Shown here: in pieces, positions 36,201-43,653 of the stretch
Layout: each line of letters opens with the position of its first letter
Position numbering within the stretch: position 1 is the stretch's first letter
DNA from: an uncultured Lentisphaeria bacterium
Lineage (GTDB): Bacteria > Fidelibacterota > UBA8477 > JABMPR01
DNA: 64,000 nt
NCBI GenBank assembly: GCA_964454335.1
Contig: CAYVVT010000002.1
Location: forward strand, 211,436-275,435
Reading direction: 5' to 3'
Notes under the pieces: generated by a model
Told to the model about the DNA's origin: nothing
The model's input: the letters and a program-made list of their open reading frames with translations, nothing else
Databases searched by the model: none
Translations under genes and position numbers: made by a program

Positions 36201-36422
36201 CAGAATATCAGTGCCACCTGGATAGGTTCCGGGTGCAACCAGGATGGTGTCCCCGGACGCTACCACATCTACGGCTTCCTGGATGCTTGGATATTGGCCG
36301 GGTACGCTCAATATGGTTGCTTCGATCTGACTTATGCCGATGGTGAGAGTGGATAGTGTTAAAATGATGTAGGATTGCAATCCCACAAGATACCCCCATT
36401 GTTGTAGAATGAAGTTATTCAT
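33285..36422 (-). CDS. large secreted right-handed beta-helix (pectate-lyase-like fold) protein with T9SS C-terminal sorting domain
   Basis: Start taken at ATG 36422 (signal MNNFILQQWGYLVGLQSYIILTL). Many glycine-rich parallel-beta-helix turns (NAAGQAGGGIW, NSASHGGGLAV, NTAGYSGGAMNI); C-terminus AYPNPFNASISMDIDL...GGLYFLRV is a T9SS CTD. Confidence 0.7.
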   Translation of the reverse strand: MNNFILQQWGYLVGLQSYIILTLSTLTIGISQIEATILSVPGQYPSIQEAVDVVASGDTILVAPGTYPGGTDILFKPSFTLASFLLTTGDSAYIDSTIITANSHGFNISNILDSTLMIAGFKIQESNRGIIIGDTSTIHLEHCHILSAYGGGIWVNGDSVIVTLQNSLIRNCGGPGGGGPGIYAAGSGVITIDACTIRDNVSYSDGLAGGLNTSGLSVDINNSRFTNNESHYLHIHILSHDLNDDPSGGAINAYISHLSLNNTTIDSNRSIPMEGYPSQYEVTGGGLRCRDSDVIINNCTIAHNAAGQAGGGIWQYRGSILLDSTSIIGNSASHGGGLAVSQSTIEVYSCTFESNTAGYSGGAMNISRPGPTLIGGSSENANSFTHNFAEHDGNALILQSWPEDQDIIDASYNGFTYYPVNELAVSPLEYFNLENGYYTVAPAITDDCYLSPSGSDENDGLTPETAIQTFQRASQSILSSLENQVTINLLAGTYSSTETGETFPIVLPDFVHISGAGQELSILDGENQHMVIRMDGGRDHEIRNLSIIRGGPGVHIAGCSPIFDHVSFMNCRANSGGACHVSGDEESISSPIFRNCEFLANYARHGGAIWLGIHTNPIIGGSEATGNYFDLNVAAYGCDIFTLSDVDPILNVGYNTFPLNPVSEYSIHPITSFDTSDCLGIYDPLDSPVYLRSDGSNLNDGNTTDTPLRDFSYALSRSSDMTPQEVLMLPGTYSASQGQIYPFVISRDSVSLLASSMNSVILTGGSVMVTNALACLIEGVKINWGSGMRIQNSEFLVKNCDLHHNTAGYALNLINSDGVVDYCSIQSTAGWEDNSHGMDECGGGGALYIDGGSPIISRTIFRDNNVCWPYNWYTIRVTGLSTPIFWGNHFHPELDDETITLYRQGPMIVATENWWGHATGPSHDSNPGGQGVIIQGNIEFDPWLAEPTLSTDGISPEVFHISAAYPNPFNASISMDIDLVRPARVEFQLFDLRGIQVYNIHFDLTAGSHQLQVLDHNNLILSGGLYFLRVSTGHNSTVRKITYLP

Positions 36423-36622
36423 GCACTCCGGATTGCGCAACACATGATCCCATCTCCTTTCCGCCAGACACATTTATGACAAAAACCATTTGAATTAACA
36501 GTTATAATATTTAGTATTACGTAGATTCACTTCACCTTCGACCAACTGCTCCATCAACCACATATCCAGTCCCTTTAGATCAAATACCCAGGGATTCACC
36601 AATCCAAGAAAGAGAGAACTCT

Positions 36623-37786
36623 ATGAGGTCACCAATAGGAATGGCTTTAATGCTCTTGCCTCTGGTTTCAGGCTTATCAGGCGAGATATTCATCAGTGAA
36701 TATTCTGACGCCGACGGTACCGGGAACTATATCTATGAATTCGTCGAGATCTACAACAACACCACGCAACAGGTGGATATCAGCGGGTATGTATTTCGAC
36801 AATTGAATTCCACGAAAACCTACACCGTTCCCGCCTCTACCAATATCCCTGCAAAGGGTTATTATGTTCTAGGCAGAAATGCAGACCAGGCTGCTTTTGA
36901 GACCTTCTGGAATGTCGATCTTGGCGAATCTGTCTTCTATCAGAATTCAACCAATAGCGGTCTCGCCATCAACGGAGCAGAAGTCTATCTGCTCGAGAAC
37001 AGTTCAGGGAGCAATGTCGATCCCACTGTAGATGACCAATATACGGCCCTGGCCGTCACCAGTGGCAATCGAGTTCATCGACTCAACGTGGGTAACTCAG
37101 CAACTGACTGGGCTCTTGATGACAATGTCAATGCCAGTCCGGGAAGACTTGATACTGATCAGACCCTGGCCGTGGAGCTGGGTAGCTGGGAGGTGGAGGA
37201 GATCAATGCTGCAGCTGTACTGAGTTGGACGACCCACTCGGAATATGAGAATCTGGGATTCATCCTGGAACGTTGGAATTCGGACGCGCTCGATACCATC
37301 GAGATCGCTTCATTCACGCAGTATAATGCCCTGCAGGGCCACAACTCCCGGTCGATAGAAACAGCTTATACCTTTACCGACCGGGATGTCCACCCAGGCG
37401 CCACCTACTGGTACCGGCTTAGCGATGTTGATTATTCAGGAAAACGCACGTATTACGCTCCACTGGAGATCACGATGTCAACCCGTTTGAAAGCTGCTGC
37501 GCAGCGGCAGATCGTCGCAGGGATCTATCCCAATCCTTTCAATCCAGGTGCCAGCATCCACATCGACATGCAGAGTGGGGATCAGGACGCTGGACGAATC
37601 GAGATCCGGGACCTGTGTGGAAGGCAGGTCAGTCTTCTCTGGGAAGGCCATGGGGCCGGCTTCCCGCAGCAGTTGATCTGGGATGGCACGGATCGAAATG
37701 GACTGGCTCTCCCATCTGGACCATATGTCCTCCTCGTTCATCAATTGAACACAAGTGAATCAATACCGATCATGCTCCTGCGCTGA
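36623..37786 (+). CDS. lamin-tail-domain (LTD) protein with T9SS C-terminal sorting domain
   Basis: N-terminal LTD-like region (FISEYSDADGTGNYIYEFVEIYN); C-terminus GIYPNPFNPGASIHIDM...GPYVLLV is a T9SS CTD. Confidence 0.65.
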   Translation: MRSPIGMALMLLPLVSGLSGEIFISEYSDADGTGNYIYEFVEIYNNTTQQVDISGYVFRQLNSTKTYTVPASTNIPAKGYYVLGRNADQAAFETFWNVDLGESVFYQNSTNSGLAINGAEVYLLENSSGSNVDPTVDDQYTALAVTSGNRVHRLNVGNSATDWALDDNVNASPGRLDTDQTLAVELGSWEVEEINAAAVLSWTTHSEYENLGFILERWNSDALDTIEIASFTQYNALQGHNSRSIETAYTFTDRDVHPGATYWYRLSDVDYSGKRTYYAPLEITMSTRLKAAAQRQIVAGIYPNPFNPGASIHIDMQSGDQDAGRIEIRDLCGRQVSLLWEGHGAGFPQQLIWDGTDRNGLALPSGPYVLLVHQLNTSESIPIMLLR

Positions 37787-37943
37787 GCCAGGATCATCCG
37801 CGGTCCAGCCGTTCGTATTAATGACTTTTTTATCTCTGGACTGCAATTAAGGAATTCAATCTTACATCACTGTGAGTGCCTACTATATTTCATGCTCGGA
37901 ACATGAATTATTGGCAGAATTGAACTAAATCCCAGAAGGTCCT

Positions 37944-39122
37944 GTGGACGCAGTCATACCAGCTCTCATCCTGATGATCATCGTCGTACTCGGCGCTCTC
38001 TCGACTGAACTTATCGTACACAAACGCGCGCTGAGTAAAATACCCATTCGCATCCACGTGAATGGGACCCGGGGCAAATCCAGCGTAACACGTCTCATCG
38101 CCGCCGGTCTGCGTACCGGGGGAATGTCCGTTCTGGGTAAGACCACCGGATCCTCACCGCGTATCCTTGATCTCTACGGCAAGGACAGACACATCCACCG
38201 TCTGGCCAATGCCAGTATCGGTGAACAGACCAGATTCCTGCGCTACTTCTCCCATTACAGGCCTCAAGCGGTGGTCCTGGAATGCATGGCGGTGCAACCC
38301 CAGTACCAGTGGGTGAGTGAACAGCGAATGCTGCACTCCACACACTCTGTCATAACCAATTCCAGACTGGATCACATTGAGGAAATGGGCCCCACCTTGG
38401 AAGACATCAGCCAGAGTCTGGGCAATACAATCCCGTTCAAGGGAAAGATCTTCACCGCCGAACAGGAGAACCTGGACATTCTGGAGGACATCGCCGAGAA
38501 GCGCGGTACCAGCATCAAAGCTGTCACCTCCGGGGATGTGGATGCCGATGATATGCACGGTTTCAATCATATCGAGCATCCCGAGAACGTGGCCCTGGCA
38601 CTATCTGTATGCGAAGCACTTGGCATTGAACGCGACTCCGCCCTGGAGGGCATGAAACATGCCCAGCCCGATCCCGGAGCCCTGCGGGTATGGGAACTTG
38701 GATCAGAAGGCAAGGTTTTCACATTCATCAATGCGTTCGCCGCCAACGATCCCCAGTCCACGCGTCAGATATGGAAGATGATCAAGGAGAATCCGGGACT
38801 ACCCCATGAGCACATTTGCGCCTTCCTGAACACCCGTTTCGACCGCGTCTCCAGGACCCGTCACCTTCTGGACCTGATCCTCAAGGAGATCGATCCGGAC
38901 CGTTTGGTGGTCCGTGGTGAACGATTGGACCGGTTTGAAAGGGATTACTTCAGGAAGCTGGGCAGCCGTGTCACCACACATTCCGAGCAGGAAGCACCCC
39001 AGCGGGTGATCGCCGATCTCCTGGACCAGGCTGACAACACTCTGATCTTCGGCATGGGGAATATCGTGGGCAGTGGTTTTGTACTGTTGGATGAATTGAA
39101 GAAGTACAGGATCAACGCATGA
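37944..39122 (+). CDS. pgsB: poly-gamma-glutamate synthase PgsB/CapB (Mur-ligase-like amide ligase)
   Basis: GTG start; motifs VNGTRGKSSVTRL, ECMAV, PDPGA, NAFAANDPQST match B. subtilis PgsB closely. Confidence 0.8.
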   Translation: MDAVIPALILMIIVVLGALSTELIVHKRALSKIPIRIHVNGTRGKSSVTRLIAAGLRTGGMSVLGKTTGSSPRILDLYGKDRHIHRLANASIGEQTRFLRYFSHYRPQAVVLECMAVQPQYQWVSEQRMLHSTHSVITNSRLDHIEEMGPTLEDISQSLGNTIPFKGKIFTAEQENLDILEDIAEKRGTSIKAVTSGDVDADDMHGFNHIEHPENVALALSVCEALGIERDSALEGMKHAQPDPGALRVWELGSEGKVFTFINAFAANDPQSTRQIWKMIKENPGLPHEHICAFLNTRFDRVSRTRHLLDLILKEIDPDRLVVRGERLDRFERDYFRKLGSRVTTHSEQEAPQRVIADLLDQADNTLIFGMGNIVGSGFVLLDELKKYRINA

Positions 39123-39568
39123 TAGAAATTGCCATTGGTTTAGGCATCATTCTCAGTCTCTGGCTCACCGAATGGCTGGGGGTCACTGCCGGGGGGATCA
39201 TCGTTCCCGGTTACATCGCCATGCATCTGCACGAGCCCCTGCGGGTGGTTGCCACCTTCACCATCAGCATCTGCGTTTTCCTTATCGTCCGCGGTCTGTC
39301 CGAATTCATGCTGATCTACGGCAAGCGTCGACTGGTACTTTCCCTGCTGCTGGGATTCCTGTTCGGCTATATCTCCAGGAATTACCTGGCCATCGATTTT
39401 GATGTCCTGGGATGGGAGTTCTATACCATCGGATACATCATTCCCGGCCTCATCGCCAGCTGGATGGACCGTCAGGGAGTCCTGAGGACCATCAGCGTTG
39501 TACTGATCACCGCCACCATCGTACAGCTCGCAGTCATGCTGATCAGTGGGGGATCCATCCATGTTTAG
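39119..39568 (+). CDS. pgsC: poly-gamma-glutamate synthase membrane subunit PgsC/CapC
   Basis: 149-aa multi-TM protein with GGIIVPGYIA and YIIPGLIAS motifs as in PgsC; start overlaps the pgsB stop. Confidence 0.75.
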   Translation: MIEIAIGLGIILSLWLTEWLGVTAGGIIVPGYIAMHLHEPLRVVATFTISICVFLIVRGLSEFMLIYGKRRLVLSLLLGFLFGYISRNYLAIDFDVLGWEFYTIGYIIPGLIASWMDRQGVLRTISVVLITATIVQLAVMLISGGSIHV

Positions 39569-40679
39569 ACCGGCTATCCAGCGTACAGAGGTCCTGGTGG
39601 GGATGGCCATACTCTCCCTGGTGGTTTTCTATATCACCAGCTCCATACATGTCGAAAAACGTGAACCAGCCTACGAAATGAAGATCCAGGCCGCCCAGCG
39701 GATGGCCAGATCCATGCAGATCCTGAAGGATGTACGCATGGAGGCAGCAGTATTCATCGACGATGTGAACGATCCCAACGAAACTGCGCTAGTGGGAAGT
39801 CAATTCACGCACATCACCACGGATGAGGGTGATCTGGATGCCAAGATCTCCATCCTGGATCCAAATGTGGCGGCCATGGTGGTGGACTATCTCGATCGGG
39901 CTGGACTGCAGTCCGGCGATACCGTGGCCATCACCGTGACGGGGTCCATGCCTGGCGGCAACCTGGCGGTCTATTGCGCTGTAGAGGAGTTGGGACTATA
40001 CCCGGTGATCGTTTCTTCAGTGGGAGCCTCACAATGGGGTGCCAATGTGGATGATTTCACCTGGTTGGATATGGAGCGGATCCTGGTGGATTCAGGTTTG
40101 ATCTCCTTTCACAGTCAGGCAGCCAGCCTGGGCGGGGGTAGTGACATCGGTCGGCGTCTGAGTCCCAGGGGCCGTGATCTCATCCGGGAGGCCATCCAGC
40201 GGAATGAGGTTCCATTTCTCTCCAGTAGCGATCTGGAGAATGCCATCGAGAATCGCATCGAGCTCTTTACAGCTGACATGGAACTGAATCGTTATAAAGC
40301 CTTCATCAATGTTGGCGGAGGAGCAGCCGTTCTAGGGGATGCGCTGACCGCCCGACTGATCCAGCCGGGCCTCTCAACGCGTGTTGACCTACCCACGTTA
40401 CGTAGCGATGGTGTATTATCCCATTTCGGCCGGGAGGGCGTACCGGTGATCCATATTCTCAATATCCGCGAGATGTTCGATGATTTCGAATATCCTTACG
40501 CATCCACGCCAACCCCTGAACTGGGTACTGGATCCTTCTACGCAAGTGAAAGGTACAGTCCAGCGGCAACGGCGATAGCGCTAGCGTTATTGCTGGGTAT
40601 GCTTATTACGGTAGGACTTAACAGCAAACGGAAGATCAGGGATTACCTGGAAGAACATGAGCCGGAAAGTTATGCTTAA
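39561..40679 (+). CDS. uncharacterised membrane-anchored protein in the PgsA position; not CapA-like
   Basis: Overlaps the pgsC stop; N-terminal TM anchor and a C-terminal TM. The metallophosphatase motifs of canonical PgsA/CapA (GNFE, NNH, GHHPH) were not found. Confidence 0.5.
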   Translation: MFRPAIQRTEVLVGMAILSLVVFYITSSIHVEKREPAYEMKIQAAQRMARSMQILKDVRMEAAVFIDDVNDPNETALVGSQFTHITTDEGDLDAKISILDPNVAAMVVDYLDRAGLQSGDTVAITVTGSMPGGNLAVYCAVEELGLYPVIVSSVGASQWGANVDDFTWLDMERILVDSGLISFHSQAASLGGGSDIGRRLSPRGRDLIREAIQRNEVPFLSSSDLENAIENRIELFTADMELNRYKAFINVGGGAAVLGDALTARLIQPGLSTRVDLPTLRSDGVLSHFGREGVPVIHILNIREMFDDFEYPYASTPTPELGTGSFYASERYSPAATAIALALLLGMLITVGLNSKRKIRDYLEEHEPESYA

Positions 40680-41526
40680 AAGAACAGTCATTCTCGCAGC
40701 CCTTGTTTCACTTGTGTCAGCGGACCTGCTGAAGCCAGCCAACGGAAGCAAGCAGAAAGAGATCCTCACCATATCCGAGAACCGGAGGGTCTACTATGAC
40801 CTGGAGTCGGACCCGCTGACCTACCTGATCAACGGACCTGTCAGGTTGAAGATCTATTCACGTTCGGTGTACGCTCGCAAGACCAGCGAGTCCCAGCGCT
40901 ATAACTTCACAGTGCGTATTGATGAGGGCAATCCCATCAACATCCAGCACACACAGAGAATTACCACCAGCGTGAAATCCAGCATGCATCCCAATCACTA
41001 TTATTCACGTTCGGCCATCGACTATCTCAACATCCCGGCCGGGCCACATGAAGTGCATTTCTACCGGGACAAGAAGAGTAAACCAACCCTTATCAGAGTG
41101 CTGGAGATAGACCTGAAACCAGAAGGATCCAAAAAACGGCTGGAACCACTCGAGAAGGCAACCCCGGTGTCGGTTCAGGCAAACGGCAAGTCTCTAAGGT
41201 ACTTTGAATTGAGCAATGACAATCCGCTGTACGTCCAAGTAGATGGACCTACCAATTTTGAAGTAATCACGCGCCTCGCCTTCCAGACCTGGATGGGGCG
41301 TGAGCAGGATTACCGGCTGCAGGTCTGGGATAATGGCAAGTTGGCCGGAACCTTCTATTTCAGTGGTGAACGATCTGAGGTTTCGACGGTGGCCGGTCGC
41401 GATGATCTGGTGCCAGGCAAATGGCGCAGCTGCTATATCCCCATCACCAAGGGACAACATAAATTGAAAATCAAACTACTGGACAACGACCGTAGCGTAT
41501 ACGTTCGCATGAATCGTATTGACTGA
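40657..41526 (+). CDS. hypothetical secreted protein with internal tandem duplication
   Basis: Signal peptide; two ~110-aa halves share the pattern RVYYDLESDPLTYLINGP... / LRYFELSNDNPLYVQVDGP...; overlaps the upstream gene. Confidence 0.45.
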   Translation: MSRKVMLKRTVILAALVSLVSADLLKPANGSKQKEILTISENRRVYYDLESDPLTYLINGPVRLKIYSRSVYARKTSESQRYNFTVRIDEGNPINIQHTQRITTSVKSSMHPNHYYSRSAIDYLNIPAGPHEVHFYRDKKSKPTLIRVLEIDLKPEGSKKRLEPLEKATPVSVQANGKSLRYFELSNDNPLYVQVDGPTNFEVITRLAFQTWMGREQDYRLQVWDNGKLAGTFYFSGERSEVSTVAGRDDLVPGKWRSCYIPITKGQHKLKIKLLDNDRSVYVRMNRID

Positions 41527-41528
41527 CC

Positions 41529-42566
41529 TTGAGATCACTCACCCTTTTACTCGTCCTTTCGCTGAGCGTCACCGCTCAGTCCCTCCTGCACAGGCTTGCT
41601 GCACCCGTACATTTGGAGACGGGTCTGCAACCAGCCTGGCAGAGCAATCCCCTGAATCTTTCAGAACCTGAGATCGAAAAAGCCGCAGCGGGAACGGGAT
41701 ATCTCGGTGATGTTGATGCTGTCCAGAGCCGGGTGCTAAGCCTCTACACAGTGGTCTCCTATGATCCTCGTATCTTCAATGGCCGCAGGACCGCCTTCGA
41801 GCTCAGGGGCTTCTACCATTCTCATTTTGACATTCCCCAGCGTAACTATGCCAGTCTGAATGTCTCCATACGTCAATCCCTGGGCGGCTGGCGCTTCCTG
41901 GAAGCGGGATATGGTCTGTTGCCTTCGCTGTATCTGAGGCATTATCGTTTCGACAATCATCCCAGCATCCTGCCCGGGCGCTACGCCTGCAGATTTGGCA
42001 CGGAACGCGGTTGGCTCGAATTTCAGCACCGGATCACTCCGGCAACCTCGCTGCAGTACCGCCTGACGCGACGGATCGAGCGCTATCAGGCCCCCTTCTC
42101 ACATTATGACATGCAAATGCTGGAAGCGGCTGTGGGTCTCAGATCGAAACCGCTTCGAGCTGTCACCGCCAGATTCGAGGTCCAGTACGGGCAGGCCAGC
42201 AATGACAACCATCTTGACGACCTGGATCGCAGCTACAGTTATCTGAATATCAGACCCGCTTTGAATTTCCCCATTCCAGGGGACCTGCTCCGATCCATAT
42301 CCCTCGATGGTCGTTTTGATCAACGCGCCTATCAGAGTGATGAGATCACAGACCCACTGCATGCGGGCCGTTACCAGTATGAGTACCGTCTGGATCTGCG
42401 TTTGTTTCCCCAGAGCAAGGACCGTATGAATTGGTATCCCTTCCTCGGTTATCGGCAGCGTATCGTGGAATCAGATTCAGATTTCGTGCAGGACCTGAAA
42501 TCATTCAAACGCTGGTGGTTCGGGATACGGATCGGTCTGAACTCAACAATTGATATCTATTTGTAA
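41529..42566 (+). CDS. hypothetical outer-membrane beta-barrel-like protein
   Basis: TTG start 2 nt after the upstream stop; signal peptide MRSLTLLLVLSLSVTAQS; Tyr/Arg-rich alternating strands. Confidence 0.4.
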   Translation: MRSLTLLLVLSLSVTAQSLLHRLAAPVHLETGLQPAWQSNPLNLSEPEIEKAAAGTGYLGDVDAVQSRVLSLYTVVSYDPRIFNGRRTAFELRGFYHSHFDIPQRNYASLNVSIRQSLGGWRFLEAGYGLLPSLYLRHYRFDNHPSILPGRYACRFGTERGWLEFQHRITPATSLQYRLTRRIERYQAPFSHYDMQMLEAAVGLRSKPLRAVTARFEVQYGQASNDNHLDDLDRSYSYLNIRPALNFPIPGDLLRSISLDGRFDQRAYQSDEITDPLHAGRYQYEYRLDLRLFPQSKDRMNWYPFLGYRQRIVESDSDFVQDLKSFKRWWFGIRIGLNSTIDIYL

Positions 42567-43645
42567 TGCTACAGGAACTACGGAATACCATGAAATTAAA
42601 AGCTATGAAGAAATGTGTCGCTTATGGTCTGGGCTTCTTCACCATCATACTGCTGGCGGGCTGTTTACGACCTGATCCCATCGAAGCGGATAATCTTGTG
42701 GAGTTGGACCTCCTCTACGAGATCAACACAGTGGGATGGGCCAGGGATATAGCCATACATGAGGACCTGATGTTCGTGGCCGCCTCCCAAGCCGGCGCAC
42801 AGATCTGGGATCTGGGTGGTGAAACTCCCGAACTGGTATATCAGGAGGATTTCGGCAGCGACGATCTGGAGTTGATCCGCTACGATGCACGCAATCGTCT
42901 TCTCCTGGCCTCAGACCGGACCATCGTCCACTATCGGGCAATGGACAGCACGAACATCGGTCTGGATTCGGCGTACTATGACAATCCCAGTGCCTTCCTG
43001 GATCCCCGGCAGCTCTCTGATGGCAACACCCAGGATTTCACTTTCACCTCCCAGGACAGCCAACTTGTCATTTATCTGACAGATAGGGACTTTTCGGACG
43101 GCCTGAAACGCATATTCCTTACCTTCTCCGAGGAAAGCACCTTTGGTGGTCAGTACTGGTCGCCTGAAGGTCATAAACTGGTGAACGGTCACATGCGTGG
43201 ACTGGACATGCAGGATGATCTGGTCGCTGTTACTATCGAAGAGTTGGGTATCGCCCTGTTCCAGGTCAGCCCGTCCACCATCGACACCCTGGCCTTCGCC
43301 GATACGCCCGGGGAAGCCCTGGAAACGATTTTCTCAGGTGATCGTCTGCTGGTAGCCAACAACTGGGGCGGATTGCAGATCTTTGACTGGGATGGCAGCA
43401 GCCTGGAGTCTTTGAGCATACTGGATTTTGATGAGAATGTGGAACATATATCCATCTGGGGTGACGCTGTCATCCTGAGCTGTGGCCTGGATGAATGCTA
43501 CATCGTCGATCTCACCGATCCTGCAGATCCGCAGGTGGACCAGTTTATCGAGAGCGGTTATTGTTATCGCAGTACCGTGGACGGCGACAGGGTTTATATG
43601 GCAACCCGGGATGGTGTGAAAGTATACAGTATAAGCCTCAATTAG
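42566..43645 (+). CDS. lipoprotein with LVIVD-like beta-propeller repeats
   Basis: Lipobox FTIILLAGC; repeated DxxLVxx...GLxIxD units (e.g. DRLLVANNWGGLQIFD); start overlaps the upstream stop (TAATG). Confidence 0.5.
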   Translation: MLQELRNTMKLKAMKKCVAYGLGFFTIILLAGCLRPDPIEADNLVELDLLYEINTVGWARDIAIHEDLMFVAASQAGAQIWDLGGETPELVYQEDFGSDDLELIRYDARNRLLLASDRTIVHYRAMDSTNIGLDSAYYDNPSAFLDPRQLSDGNTQDFTFTSQDSQLVIYLTDRDFSDGLKRIFLTFSEESTFGGQYWSPEGHKLVNGHMRGLDMQDDLVAVTIEELGIALFQVSPSTIDTLAFADTPGEALETIFSGDRLLVANNWGGLQIFDWDGSSLESLSILDFDENVEHISIWGDAVILSCGLDECYIVDLTDPADPQVDQFIESGYCYRSTVDGDRVYMATRDGVKVYSISLN

Positions 43646-43653
43646 CAGGACCT

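Noticed and set aside
43495-43653. N-terminal extension of the first C25 ORF as given in the track
   Set aside because: It would overlap the preceding lipoprotein gene by 150 nt; a signal peptide follows the internal ATG at 43654, 8 nt after the upstream stop.
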